DNA from: the human T2T-CHM13v2.0 reference genome, Homo sapiens
Strand: one strand, 5' to 3'
Assembly: GCF_009914755.1 (NCBI RefSeq)
Contig: NC_060934.1
Length of the DNA: 64,000 nucleotides
A program made the position numbers and the translations under genes. The notes beneath the pieces are model-generated. The model had not been told where the DNA came from. It was given only the letters and a program-made list of their open reading frames with translations, and did no database searches. Within the stretch, counting starts at the first letter, position 1, and each line of letters begins with the position of its first letter. This document shows positions 43,929 through 59,464 of this stretch, in pieces.

Positions 43929-46264
43929 TCCAGTGACATTTATTTTACATCTATCATTTTCTTTCTAGGGCTTTTTCACTATATGTTACTATATTACTTT
44001 ATTTTTCTCATTTCTATCCTTCAGGACCCTTTGTCTTTTTATCACGCCGTCGATTCTCTCTTGTGACCACTGGATTTCCTTTTCGTTTCTATGACGGTTT
44101 CGCTTTTTCTTCTATTTATTTTCTGAGTTCTCCTCATTCCTGTCTTATAACCTGCAGTTGTCTCTCGGCATTCTCCTGGAATTATTACATTTCCACTTTG
44201 TGGCATTCCTTCTTAGTAGTAATTGCTTCATTATGCTCCTTAAAATCTGGCAAAATGTTTGGTTGCAGTTCATCTTTGCTCAGTGGCACTGTTTTTAGGA
44301 GAATAATCCGTATCAGTTGGAAAGCTTTGCAGATCTTTTCCACATATTTATTCGCAATAAATTTTCTTACTGTTTATCATTAAAAACTTGGTTTTTTATG
44401 ACCCAGCTATTGGCAGACTAGTCCTATAGGCAGAGACAAAGCAGGGCAGTCCTGGCTTCACAGCAAAGGGCTTATTCCTTCACTGCCACAGAAACAGAAT
44501 GCTCACTGTGAATATTGCTCTTCTGTGTGAGACTGGATTTCCATTTCTGGGGCCATCGTGACTTCTACCACCAGCTTTCCTTGTCCTGGCACAAGATATC
44601 CACTGTTGCAAATGAGAAATATAGCTCTTGTACTACCAGACTATCAGTATTTGCATTTTTATGGATCTTCCTGAATTTTCCTTCTTATGAGTCCACTCAT
44701 TACTCTCTGAGCTTCTGATTTTTCCTACTCTTTCCTACTGCTCTTCCTTCCATCTGCTTCTGCCTTATTTGGGGCTTTTGAAAGTCCCTACAGGTATTTT
44801 GAAGTCAGCATATCATCTGATTTCTAAATTTCATGGACAGTTGAATTTGCAGGACTTAGGAAATTCTTCTAGTTTTTTGTTTGTTTGTCTGCTTGCTTCT
44901 TTAGGAGAAGAAGGAGAAAACACTGATGGATATAGTCATGTTCATAAGAAGATCTCTTCCGAGTGTTTGATGCAACCTCTGCTTCCGCTATCCCATCTTC
45001 TCACACTCCCCTTTGTGCTAGTTCTTCTCATCTGCATGCAGCTTCTTTCCTGTCATTTGACCATCATGGAGAAGCTCTTTTTTCTTGAACATTTTCCTTC
45101 TGAAAACCACATATGTCCCACTGTCAGTTTTGCACATATATTTCATTATCAGACTTGAAAATGTATCCCTCTTATCCATTTCCTTACTTTATCAAAAATG
45201 TTGGAAATGAATAACATATGGAATGTACATTAACTTAGTTACCATCATTTTAGTTGTCCATCACCAGTACCTAATCATGATGGTTAGTTCATGGATGAAT
45301 TTTCAACGAATATGCATGCAACAATGCTAGGTGTGTCAATGATGGTTCCTTGACTTAAATGAAGTATATGGTCTGCTTAAATCACCTGCCTTTTTCTGTG
45401 ATCAACTAATTTAAATTAAGAAATGAAATAAAAAATTATAGCAGGGAGCCTTGAAGGTAGGTTGAAAACTGTCTGCTGAGTCAGTAGCTATTTTTATCCA
45501 AACAGACAAGAAGACAGCAAGCCCCTTGACTTGTGGTTTCCGTTCTCTCATTTCCTGTGTGCACCCACATGAACCATGTGCCCTCCCTGACTCCCTGCCT
45601 CCACGTCTAGAGAAGGAGGCGTGGGTCTTCTCTAATTCCCCTTGTGTGCTTGACTTGTTCCCCACCACCCAAGGGCTAAGGCTTAGGCACTGCGCTGAAA
45701 ACTTCAGCACAGCAGGGAACCTCAGCCACTCTGTCTTCTATCCATCCTCCCTCATGTCTTCTCTGTACTCCTGTCTCTATCAGTTGGCACCTGGGCCTCC
45801 GCCTGCCTTCACCTCCTTGTCTCCATCCTTGCAATGAATGCCGTAGTATGACCACCTCTCCTTCTCCAGTGTAACTTCACTCTGGCACTATTTTCTGAAA
45901 CTTGTGGACCCTCCATGCCACAGCTACCCTAAACCCACTCTCCTGAGAAGCCCCAGTTCCCAGAACGGAAGTCCAGGTCGGCCCTCGGCCGCCACACTTC
46001 CCTAAACAGCAGCTGCCTAAGAGTCTGTGAACCTGCACAATTTTCACTAGCAGTGTCTCAACAATTAGCCAGTGCCTCACAAGTGGGGCAGATGGTATAG
46101 CCAGGAATGAGAGTTTCATGTTTCTTCTGATTCACATGCATTCCTATCTAAAGGCTGTTTCCTTTTAGAGACAAACTAATTTTTTCTCTTTCGTCCTTTG
46201 CCTGGGCTTTATGTTTACTTCTACAAGCTGGCACTTCCGATGGTTTCTAGAGAGCTCATTGGTG

Positions 46265-46277
46265 CTCTCTCTCTCTC

Positions 46278-46310
<33 letters not shown>
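46265..46310. repeat. (CT)n(CA)n microsatellite
   Basis: Direct inspection. Confidence 0.95.
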
Positions 46311-46311
<1 letters not shown>

Positions 46312-47850
46312 TGTACACACCTCACAGGAAATGGAAACTTGTTCCCATTATGGGTCCTGAAACAAAGCTCTGTGGATATGCATGTGCTACTTAGATTTTC
46401 TATCCCAGGAAATGAGTTTAAATACCTACCTCCCCAACAAATTTTTTTTTCAGAGACAACAGACCTCGGAAGACAAGTGGAAGTTGAAACTCTCCTTGAA
46501 TGCGGTTCTTGGGAGTTGGAAATCTCCATTGCCGTTGCTTCCCCATGGAAGGCTTTGCAGTGCTAAATGGCTTATCTCCATGACAACCAGAAGAGCTGGT
46601 TGTTGTTTTTTTTTTTTCTGCTGGACATTTTTTTCTAGATTTTACTTCACATTTAAAATAATTAAAAGTGTTTATCTCAGTACACCACAACCAGTCATTT
46701 ACTGGGCCAGTGTCAGGAGGCAGTTCACATCCGTTTGGGGTCCACTCAAACCACCTCCATGCTGTCGGCCTTCAAAGTTTCCAAGAGGTTTGGTTTCTCT
46801 TTGAAATCTGGCTTCTCACTTGCTCACTGTATAACTTTTAAACAGATTAATTTTTTTAGTTCCTTATATATAAGTTTTCTGCATGTAAAAATTTAAGATA
46901 ATTTTATGTCAAGAAGAGCAGAGAAGATGTATTAGATAAAGTGTGAGAGACTGCCTGATAGAGCTGAACACATGGGAAGCATACAAAATATTCATCTCTC
47001 TGCTTATTCGTTTCCTTAGCAGAATATCTGGCTGCAGCTTACTGTAGCCATCCTGTCATCAGTTCCCAAACGGGAGGAATGCCATGGTCTCTTGACAGAG
47101 GCTCTCTTGCACTGTTGGAGGCAAGGGCCTGCTGTCCTGTCAGGTTGGCCCATTTATCCAGTTACTCGTGAAATATCTTGTTCTCTCAGAGAATCAACCG
47201 GCGGCTGTGTGCTGACTTCACAAAGAAAAATCCATTCTCTCACCAAGTAGTTGTCAAGCATAATAAAGAAAAACTGGCAGAATAATTGGGGTGGTTGCTG
47301 AGTCTAACTCAATATCGTATGAAAGAAAATATATGGAACAGTGGTGTTTAAAGAGAACTGCACACCTCTGTTTGTATGGCAGGCTCAAACACAGCCAGTC
47401 AGACGTATGTAGAGTCAAAGTGAGGAAGTGGAGGTCATTTAGACTACTGGTAGACCCAGAATTCGAGCCAAAACAGAAGCAGAAAACAGAAATAGATGCT
47501 TCAGGATCTGTCTCTCTGCCAAGCCAACCCAGCGATTCTCATCAGAAACCTCAACAAACAATTGGAAGAGAAACAGGTAGAAATTGTGGTTCAATTTTAA
47601 GGTATCATTGTGTTTATTTTGAAGCACTTTTTTCTTCAAGATGGAAATCATTTTAGTGTCTTATTTAGTTATAAATGTGATGAATACTTGCTGCAAAAAC
47701 AATCAGAAGAAACAGTTTTATTGCTTTATTTAGTTAAAATGTGATGTAAAAACAACCAGAGGCTACAAAAAATAGAAAAAAGAAAAGAGAAAAAAGATGA
47801 AAGAAGGACAAGAATGAAAGAAAGGAAGAAAAAGATGAGAAGAAAACACG

Positions 47851-48468
47851 TGAAAGGGGTCATAGTATGCCACCCCAAAATATATTATTTTGGGACATTG
47901 ATTATTTTGAGCTGTAGACGATCAAGAAACAGCAGATCCAGGAAGATTATTTAGAGCTGAAGATGATTGAGAAATAGCAGATCCAGGAAGAGCTGTCTCC
48001 CCACTTTCTATGTATATAAAAGTGGGGCATAAATTTTCTGTAAGAAAAGTACCCCCCAGGTGCCAGGAAGAGGAGAGAATTTTTGTCAGAGATGGGGAGT
48101 CGAAGCTGAGATGAATCCATACAAACAAGCCTACTAAAATTATATTTGCCTTCCATTAATTTTCCCTATGTATTTCTTAGTAACTGTCCCATGGTTTGCC
48201 TCCCCAAACCCAAACCCCTTTCTCCCTTGACTGTCCATGTCTCCATAATTTATTATTATCTGTTAAAATGATATATAGGTTCTTGTGCCTTTTCACCTCT
48301 TTGAATTCTCATTTCTTACATATGAAAGGCCCCATATACACATAAACACATTAGTATCAAATAACATTTGTATGCTTTCCCTCCTATTAACCTGTCTTTT
48401 GTCTATTTAATTCTCAGGACCAACCACAGAACCTAACAGGAGAGAGAAAAAGTCTTTCCTCCCCTATG
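47851..48468 (+). mobile_element. MER34-like ERV1 solo LTR
   Basis: tgaaaggggtcatagtatgccaccccaaaatat...gtctttcctcccctatg. Confidence 0.8.
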
Positions 48469-49097
48469 GAAGGAAGGAAGGAGAATAAAAATAAAGCATG
48501 ATTGGTAATACAGCCACTCAAGAGAAACACTGTCCATTGGCTTTTGATTACTGACCACAGTAATTTATATTCTCCAAAAAAAAACTAGTGAATGTGTTCA
48601 GCAATTAGCCCATTGGTGAAGGCATGGAGAGTCATGAGAGCTTGTTCCTTTCATGGAACAGTCTTTAAGTAGAACTATTGCGTACAGTACAAGAGGAGAG
48701 TTGTTCCTAGAAGTTAGGTCAGAAGATAGAAGTTAAGGGACAAGATAATAAAGGAATTTATCATCCTAAAGCTTTTGATTTTCTTTCCTCATCTGCTGGA
48801 TGACACATAACGCAGAATTGGAATGTTCTAGAATGTTCAGAATTTAGAATGGTTCCAAGTTGTCAACCCAATTCTATAAAGACATGTGAGATACATAAGG
48901 GTACAGGAATAGATGCCTATTTTCACTGGCATTGTAATGTGTTAAAGTGTGGAAGAAGCTCCAGTTTTTGCACTTGAGTCACTGTGCAGATAGACCTGTC
49001 CATTGATATTCTAAGGAAAATGTTACCAATATGGGAGAATGGGCTCTGCTGTATCAGAAGGAGACAACATGGCGTGATGGTTAAGAATTGGACTCTG

Positions 49098-49407
<310 letters not shown>

Positions 49408-49560
49408 AATTAAACTCTGGAGTCAGATTTCTCAGGTTTATCCTAGCTCTGCCACTAGGCTCTCTGACCTTGAGAAAAAGGTAGCCTTTTAATATATCAA
49501 TTTGGGCAAACATAAAATAGGGAAAATCGCAATCCATCCCTTTTAATATTAGAAAGTGGT

Positions 49561-49935
<375 letters not shown>

Positions 49936-50091
49936 TTATTCTTAACTCTGTCCTCACCATCTTTGCATCAAGGTTGGAAGAATTATTAACCACTTTCTGT
50001 CTCGCTAAGCACATTTTATATGCTGGCATGCAAGGATATAGTAAATACCCATTAGTCTGGAATAATTTAGAACTAGATATAATTTTGCTTA

Positions 50092-50469
<378 letters not shown>

Positions 50470-50550
50470 TTATTCCCTTGCTTGATCTTCTACAGATGCT
50501 TACACTCTAAACTCAATATTTTTCTCTTTGCTACTGTTCAGAAACAATAG

Positions 50551-50895
<345 letters not shown>

Positions 50896-51710
50896 GTGAA
50901 GCATTTTTACAGAAGGTAGCTCCATGGCTCTGGGACCCCTTTTATAGACTCTGACTGCGTCCCCTTTCATCCATGAAGTGCTTTCTCCATTTTTCCTCTT
51001 CTCCACTCCCTTGCAACAATAGTTTGCAAAGTAGAAATTGTCAAAATTAAATCTCACGTGCCGTGTGTCAACCTACTTAAATAGCTGATCTGCATCTTTG
51101 TTCACTTGTGTCTGAGCAACCAGCGTATTTTTCTTTTTCTTATTATTTTTCTTTTTTAAAAGATGCAGAATCTATGGACATTAAAATAGATTTGTAACAG
51201 CCAGAGCCATGCACAGACCATTGCTACAAAAGTGTACTTTGCACCCTCAGGCTCTTCACGCTGAAGAGTCTTTCTCTTCCCTCTTATGCTGGGTCTGCCT
51301 AGTGCTCTTCTCTACCCCAGCCCCTGTAGTGTTCAGATCAAATCACGCTTTATTAGGTGAAACTCTATTGAATCGTGAAACTTTCAAGCCCATATAGTAT
51401 CCTTTGCCATACCTCGCCTGTGTCTGAGGTTACCGAGAGAAAATTGTCTTTTCCTTTCTCATGTCTATGCTGCTTTTTCTTGCGTATTTTTCCAAAATTT
51501 GAGACACACTACATCCTAAATTTATATCAACAAAGAAACTACTGCTGAACTATCAATTAAAGATAATAAAGACAACCATGTAATTTTAAAAAAATCAAAA
51601 TTGCCAATAACATTTCTATTTTAATACCTCTTTCAGGTAAAAATGTGGAAACCTATTTGAATTCCATAGCAAGTCTCAGTTCAGATGTTCCTCCACTCAC
51701 CATGGGACTC

Positions 51711-52685
51711 CGAGATGGTTTGGATAGCTTGTCCTCTCCAAATCTCATGTTGAAATGTGATTCCCAACGTTGGAGGTGGGACCTGGTAAGAGATGTTTCT
51801 GTCATAGGTGGATCCCTTATGGTGCTGTGTCTGGGATTGGTTCCTTCCAGTGGGTTCTTGGTCTTGCTAACTTCAGGAATGAAGCTGTGGACCCTCGTGG
51901 TGAGTGTTACAGTTCTTAAAGATGGTGTGTCTGGAGTTTGTTCCTTCAGATGTTCAGATGTGTCCGGAGTTTCTTCCTTCCGGTGGGTTCGTGGTCTCGC
52001 TCTCGCTGGCTTCAGGAGTGAAGCCGCAGACCTTCACAGTTAGTGTTACAGCTCTTAAAGGTGGTGCGGACCCAAAGAGTGAGCAGCAGCAAGATTTATT
52101 GTGACAAAAGAACAAAGCTTCCACAGCGTGGAAGGGGACCTGAGTGTGTTGCCCCTGCTGGCTCAGGTGGCCAGCCTTTATTCCCTTATTTGGCCCCGCC
52201 CACATCCTGCTGATTGGTCCATTTTACAGAGTGCTGATTGGTCCACTTTATAGAGTGCTGATGGGTGCATTTACAATCCTTTAGCTAGACACGGAGCACT
52301 GATTGGTGCATTTACAATCCTCTAGCTAGACACAAAAGTTCTCCAAGTCCCCATCCGAACCAGAATCCTAGCCAGCTTCACCTCTCAGTGGCATCCTCAT
52401 GCTAATGAGTAAGTTCTCACTGTGTTAGTTAATGTGAGAGCTGACTGTTAAAAAGAGCCTGGCACCTCCTCTTCCCTCTCTGGCTCTCTCTCTAACCATG
52501 TGATATGCTGGCTCCCTGTTTACCTTCTGCTATAATTGGAAGCTTCCTGAGGCTTCACCAGGAGCAGATGCTGATGCCATGCTTCCGGTACATACTGCAG
52601 AGCCATGAGCCAAAATAAACCTCTATTCTTTATAAATTGCCCAGCGTCAGATATTACTTTATAGCAATACAAATGGACAAAGACA
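51711..52685 (+). mobile_element. MSTB-type MaLR LTR interrupted by LTR12
   Basis: gatggtttggata..ccaaatctcatgttgaaatgtga..aatggacaaagaca. Confidence 0.9.
51826..52387 (-). mobile_element. LTR12 (ERV9) solo LTR, short variant
   Basis: gaatgaagctgtggaccctcgtggtgagtgttacag, repeated ctgattggt (CCAAT) units, ends cttcacctctca; TSD gtgc/gtgg. Confidence 0.95.
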
Positions 52686-53356
52686 GGCTATGTCCCAATA
52701 AACCCATTTGAAGTTGAAAATATCATCACTTGAAAATGCACTTAATACGCCTAACCTATCAAATATCATAGCTTAACCTAACTTACCTTAAATGTACTTG
52801 GAACATTTACATTAGCCTACAGTTCAGCAAAATCATCCACCATAATGCCTATTTTTATAATAAAGTATTGAATATTTCATGTTATTTATTAAACACTGTA
52901 GTGAAACTGAAAAAATATGATCACCTGGGTACTCACCATTAACATACACAGCTGAAAGCACACTGGGCCTGAAGAACGTTTGAAGCATTGAACTAAAATG
53001 CAGGATGATGGGATGCTGCAGCTACAGGGTCATCAATCTCTCTCTTCTAATGAGGCTTGAGAATGGCTGGTGGAAGGCACTGGGGCATCCAAACTGGATG
53101 GCTTAGCAGGCATGATGTTCTTTAAGAAGATGTCAAGTATCCGTATTTTACCCTCATGATCCAGTGGCTGACTGGGAGCTGCAGCTCAGCATTGAGAGAG
53201 AGCACATACCACTACAGCTACATACCACTACCCTGAAAAAAGATCAAAATTCAAAATTTTAAGTATGCTTTCTACTAAATACATATCTTTTTCACACTAT
53301 CATAAAGTCAAACAATCTAAGTTGAACCATTATTAGTCAGGGATCATCTGTGTGTT

Positions 53357-53677
53357 CAGTTGACCCTCAGTGTCCATGGGTTCCACATTCATGGATTCAA
53401 CCAACTGTAGGTGGAAAATATTCAAAAACACAAAAACAATAAAAACAACAATAAAACAATAACCCAAATAAAATACAGTATAACAACATATCTATAGCAT
53501 TTACATTGTATCAGGTACTGTAAGTAATCTAGAGATAATTTAAAATGTGCAGGAGGATGTGCATAAGTTATATGCATTTTCTATACACCATTTTATTGCA
53601 GGGATTTGAGCAACCACAGATTTTAGTGTCCACAGGAGTCCTGGAACCAATTCTCCACTGATACTGAGGGATGACTG
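53357..53677. mobile_element. Tigger3a-like MITE
   Basis: cagttgaccctcagtgtccatgg...gatactgagggatgactg TIRs. Confidence 0.85.
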
Positions 53678-53869
53678 TATCTGTTCAGTGGGTAAATATT
53701 ACTCAACTCAATTCTTTTCTTCTGGCTTTACGGAATGACAAATATAATAAAATGTGTTCTTTGCCCCTTCTGTAGTGGGCATGCTTAAATTTTGTGCTAT
53801 TATGCACAACATACATTTTTATCCATCAGCTAGAGAATCAAGCTTAATAATTTTTAGAAGACCATAATC

Positions 53870-54190
53870 AATGCCAGCTTCCACTCATCTTTTAAATTTC
53901 AGCTTACCATGTCACTTTTTCAGCAAAACTTCCCTAATCCAAGGTTAGGTTATGTCGCTTAATTGCAATCCTACAAAACCCCATCTTTCTTCCTTGTGCA
54001 TAATTACGTTTTTAATTAAATACTTCAAGTATTTACTTGTCTAATGCCTAGCTCTCTTCTAGATGGTAAGCTCCATGAATGCACGGTCTCACTCACCAGT
54101 GCTTAGTAGAGGGCAGAGTCTTTGTAGGTCATCTTTAGGCCTTGGTTGAATAGACACAGGCATTCATGAATGAATGGATGGATGAATGAA
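53870..54190 (+). mobile_element. L2 3' end
   Basis: tagatggtaagctccatgaa..(atgaatga)n tail. Confidence 0.7.
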
Positions 54191-54256
54191 TGGTAACAAC
54201 AGATCTGCAGCAGAATTTTCAGCATCATCCCTGGATCGTTATTTGGGAAGTGTAAC

Positions 54257-54631
54257 AGCTACGGTTTGAATGTTTGTCCCCTCTGAAACTCATGTTGAAA
54301 CTTAATGCCCAATGTAACAGTATTAAGAGGTAGGGCCTTTAAGAGGTGGTTAATAGATTAATCTATTCATGGATTAATGGATTATCACAGGACTGGCTTA
54401 GCTGTCACCAGAATGAGTCTGTTATAAAAGACAGTTTGACTCCCTCTCCTGCATGCCCTATTGCCCTGTGATGCCTTCTGCCATGTTATGATGCAGCCTG
54501 AAGCCCTCACCAGAATGAGCTGCCTGACCTTGGACTTCCCAGCCTTCAGAACTGAAGGAAATAAATTTATTTTCTTTATAAATTACCCAGTCTGTGATAT
54601 TCTGTTATAGCAACAGTAATGGACTAATACA
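54257..54631 (+). mobile_element. MSTC/MSTD-type MaLR LTR
   Basis: ctacggtttgaatgtttgtcccctc..aatggactaataca. Confidence 0.88.
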
Positions 54632-55118
54632 ATAACTGATTATCTTCTCAGAGAGATGCAAGCATTATCAATCTTTAAACTCTTCTAGTTTTCAGAGTTC
54701 TTAATTAGGATGAAGAATTTTGAACTTCTAGCTCAATTAATTTAACAGTTCCACATACCCTTCTGTCTCCTCCCAGAGAAGGATTACAGGGGAACACACA
54801 AATGGTGCCTGAGGAATTCTCTTCTAGTATCACATTCCCAAAACCATATCCTTCCCACTAAGCCAGCTAAAGTCTTGTAGAATGTAACATACTTTTGCAA
54901 ATGCTTTAAGCCTCCTGAGAATTGACTTTATTGACTTAATTGGCTCCATTGACTTAGAATGACAAACTCAGAAATCTCATGTCAATCAGATCTTAACTGA
55001 CTCCCAGGAAGCCTAGGTTCTTATTCTTCAGAATACAAATGATAATGACAGCAATAACACTGCCCTCTCAGGCACTGGTAAACACTGCTATTCATATTCC
55101 AGGCACTTTCTATTTAAA

Positions 55119-55122
55119 CAGA

Positions 55123-55158
<36 letters not shown>

Positions 55159-55187
55159 CTGTATGTGTGTGTGTGCTTGTGTGTGTG
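55119..55187. repeat. (GA)n(TG)n microsatellite
   Basis: Direct inspection. Confidence 0.95.
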
Positions 55188-55534
55188 AAATATGTCACAT
55201 GGCAACAAATGTGATGGAGATAAATAAGAGTGACCAGGGAAGTTGTATTGATAAGTGACACATAGGTAGAGACTTGAAGAACCTGGAAGAAGGAATCATG
55301 GAGATACCCAACTAAAAGAATTATGTAAACAGGCCAAGCCTGGTCTCCTTGAAACACCAATAGGGGGAACAGGATGGCTGTTCCTAAATAGTGCTGGGGG
55401 TATCCCGCTAAACTCTGCCTTATCTCCCAGAAGACCAAAAAGGTTAATTCCGCTTCTTCATCTTTTGGGTTTATACCCTAGGGAGTGTGGAGAGAGGCCC
55501 ATCTTCTTGGCTCTAGGGAAGGGAAGGGCAGTGC

Positions 55535-55690
55535 AGATCTGTACATTTGCTGCACATTGGAATATTCTGCGAGCCTTTAAAACTGTGAGGCCCAGGTTGC
55601 ACCCCATACTAATTAAGGCAGACCCTCGAGGGTGAGACCCAGAAATCAGTGTTTTTGAAACCTTTCCAGAAGAATCCAAAGTCAAGTGGA
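55535..55690. mobile_element. MER5A-like hAT-Charlie
   Basis: gctgcacattggaatatt..gcccaggttgcacccca..tttccagaagaatccaa. Confidence 0.65.
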
Positions 55691-55741
55691 CATGCTGGAG
55701 CCGACTCACACCAGCTCCCAAGGGCAAAGAGCCTACGCTCT

Positions 55742-56545
55742 TACAGGGATAGAATAAGGATACATCTGGCCTTTAACCTGGTTCCTGACACACAGCTTCA
55801 AAAACCCTTGGAATTTCCTGAGTGACAGGCATGTCTTTTGTTATTCCATAATAAGCACCTTTAGATCATACCTGAGTTTATGCTAATAAGGTGACTCCTG
55901 GTGGGCTCTTACACGGTTGGGAGGCAAGGGAGCATATGGGGGTAGGAGAGTTGTGGGGGGCAAACCAGAAAGACCTCAAATGTGATTGGAGGGTTGGAAC
56001 TTTCAGCCGGACCTCTGACTTCTGGTGAGGGGAGAGGAACCGGAAATTGCATTTAATCAAATGGCTAATGATGTAATCAATCACACCTATATAATGACAT
56101 CCCATATAAAAACTCTGGATACAAAAGACCAGGGGAGCTTTCTGACTGGTGAACATTATATATATATAGGGAGAGCAGCACACTTCAACTGCATGGGAGC
56201 AGAAGCTTCTGTGCTTGGGATCCTCCTTGACTTTGGGCTCTGTACCTGTTCGCCTGGCTGTTCATTTGTGCTCTCTATAGTAAAATAGCAGTCATCAGTA
56301 TAGCGTTTTCCTCAGTTCTGCAAGTCATTCTCATAAATTATCAAACCTGGGAAGGAATGAAAAGCTCCACATTTGTAGTCAGCTGAGCAGAAGTGCAGGT
56401 GGTTTGGGGATGTCTGAAATGTACGTCTGCCTTCTGAAGTGGGGACAGCCTTGTGAAGAACTTTGCCCTTAACTTGCGGGGTTTGCATGAACTCCAGGAA
56501 GTCAGTGTCAGAACTGAATCAAATTTCAAGACACTCAGTCAGTAC
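55742..56545 (+). mobile_element. MER21-type LTR
   Basis: aaaacccttggaatttcctgagtgacagg..atacctgagtttatgctaat..gtcagtgtcagaactgaa. Confidence 0.85.
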
Positions 56546-56569
56546 TAGAGAATCGGCTTTGGAATATGC

Positions 56570-56722
56570 TTCCCAGCTCTGTGTTCAGTGATCTCATGTT
56601 GGCAGTTGAAGTCAGCCAGGGTGAGAATATGTACACCATGGAAATTGGCAAATGCTACAAATCAAGGCTTCTTGTCCTTCTGCCCCCAAGAACTGGTTAT
56701 TAAACATTTATCAACACACTGG
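56570..56722. mobile_element. MER63-like hAT-Blackjack fragment
   Basis: tacaccatggaaattggcaaatgctacaaatca..taaacatttatcaacacactgg. Confidence 0.75.
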
Positions 56723-57636
56723 CATTTTAGAACCAGTGGCCTATGCCATTAGGTGCTGGTTAGGAAAGGCTAGAAAGATCTCAGGAGGGACAGAGTCTGA
56801 ACACACTGAGAACTCCTTCTATTGCAAACCTATGCAGAGCAGGCTGAGCCCATTGTGTGAGTGAGGGGAACTCCTTCCTTTCTGAAATCCTTCCATACAT
56901 TCCCACTTCCACATAAGCCATGTCCAACCTATGTATTGCACTAACCTGACACTAGGTAAAATTCTTCTTAAGGAAGAAGACAACCGGGTCGCTTAACAAA
57001 TCAGGGGGAAGCCATGCTTACTTCTTTATGTGAATTCCCTGTGTTCATTTTTCATGTGCCTCTCTTGTTCCTTTTGAATTGTTAAATTTATTGCATATTT
57101 TTAGTAATAGATGGGTCCTCTTCACATATCAGCCTCAGGTTCATTCAAATCCCTTTCTGGGAACTCACAGAGAAGTTCCCTTTTTTCAGTCTTCAGGAAA
57201 TTCACTTAAATGTTATGAGTTTTCTGAGATAATTAATCCACCAGTACAATTCCCACCTGAAACTCTCTCCTTCCCCTCTATTCACTCTTCAAATTTTGTT
57301 CCAATTTGGTTAATATTTCTGCCTTCCTGACCCATAATTCACGTAAGAGCATGAACACACATGCATTATCCCAGGAAACCACTGTGTGGGAATTCACTGA
57401 CCCTTTCAAATCCATTTTTTCACTCTTCATTTAAAATGGAGGTTCAGCTGTTCCCCTGCTATTAGAATTTAGGATTTAGTTGCACACTTAAGGGATGTAG
57501 TTGAAATCCTTGCAATATATTCGCAGGAATTGACTCGCCTGAAATAATGAATCACACTAAGAATTTAATTAGGACCTTGAGGATGGATAATCAGGAACAG
57601 GAGCTGAGAGACATGGAGGCTTAGAAAGTCAGTTCA

Positions 57637-57791
57637 AATTGGGCACGGTGGCACATGCCTGTGGTCCCTGTGACTTGGGCAGCTGAGGCGGGAGGATCAC
57701 TTGAGCCCAAGAGTTCAAAGCTGCAGGGAGCTCTGACTGCGCCACTGAACTTTGGCTTGAGCGACAGAGCAAGACCCTGTTTCTAAAAAAA
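57637..57791 (+). mobile_element. FRAM/FAM Alu monomer
   Basis: Single arm, ggaggatcacttgagcccaagagttcaaagctgcag. Confidence 0.88.
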
Positions 57792-58055
57792 CCATTTTAA
57801 AAAGTTTATTTCAAGGTAACATGTGACTTCATAAAGGAATAGCCCCCTTACACACACGCGCACACACACACACACATATTCTCTCTCTCTCTCCTCTTCT
57901 TGCAATTCCTTGTGTTGGAGTAAGCTAAACTATACCTCGCACATAATCCTCCCAGTCCATTTCTTAAAATTTTACTCCATATTCAATTTGGTTCTAGCCT
58001 CTGCATCTTCTTCCTCTTTGAGTTACACTGTAAGAGTAAATCAAATCTAGCCTTA

Positions 58056-58253
58056 AGTGACATTATCCAATAGTACTTTCTCTGAAGATGGGAATGTTCT
58101 AAATCTGTGCTGTCTGGTGGAGTAGCCACTAGCCACATGGGGCTACTGAGTCTATCCAATATAACCAGCGCAACTGAATTTCTAATTTTACTTAATACTA
58201 ATTAACTTAAATTTACATAGTGTAATTGATGGCTACTGTATGGGACAGCTCAG
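58056..58253. mobile_element. MER3 hAT-Charlie MITE
   Basis: tccaatagtactttctctgaagatgggaatgttcta..gtagccactagccacatg. Confidence 0.85.
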
Positions 58254-58313
58254 CTGCAGATGAACAAACATGAATAAGGATTCAAGGGAAAAAAGCTGAG
58301 AATTAGTTGTATT

Positions 58314-58708
58314 AGTATTAGTTGGCCAGGGCTGCCCTAACAAAGTACTACAGACAGGGTGGCTTGAACAGCTGACGTTTATAGTCCCACAATTGTGGAG
58401 GATGGACGTCCAAGATGAAGGTGTTAACAAGGTTGGTTCCTTCTGAAGCATCTCTCATTGGCTTGTGGATGGCTGTCTTCTCCCTGTATCTTCATGCTGT
58501 CTTCCCTCTGGAGGTGTCTGTGCCCATATGTCCTGTTCTCATAAAGGCACCAGTCATTTTGGATTAGAGTCCACCCTAATAATCTCATTTTAACCTAATT
58601 ACCTCTGTAAATACACTGTTTCCAAATAGTCACATCTTAGGGTACTGGAGGTTAGGGCTTCAACATATGACCGTAGAGGAGTCAGTTGACACATTTCATT
58701 CCATAACA
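58314..58708 (-). mobile_element. MLT1A/B MaLR solo LTR
   Basis: gtattagttggccagggctgcc..gttagggcttcaacatatga..ccataaca. Confidence 0.9.
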
Positions 58709-59089
58709 GCTCTTTCACTGACCTCCAGCAGGACTTCTTTCCCATTACAGACTGAGATGAGCCGTAGCAGCATGATTATCTCTTTCAGAGATTAAAATGA
58801 AATTGAAAGACAAGGACAATTTCTTATCTTCAAAACTCCTTGATGAAGCCAAGCTAGTCATGTCGTTACTGTTATATTATGTTCCTTCCTGATTCCTCCT
58901 CTCTAAATGTAACACAAGATCCATCTAAAGGTCTCTCTCACACAACTCTCAAGCCTCTTGCAGACATTGGTGATTCTGACCTCTTTTATTTCCTCTTCTA
59001 GGCACCTGTTCTGGGAGTCTCCTTTCCCTTTCTCAACCTTTCATCAGCCAGGGGTAAAATGACACATTTACAGCTATGGTTAAATGTAA

Positions 59090-59464
<375 letters not shown>

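Larger units (their letters stand above)
51682..53350. mobile_element. MER47-type Tigger element interrupted by MST/LTR12
   Basis: cagatgttcctccac..|..gtcccaataaaccc..gttgaaaatatc..agtcagggatcatctg. Confidence 0.8.

Noticed and set aside
51645-52205. ORFs of 66-132 aa
   Set aside because: Derived from MST/LTR12 LTR sequence
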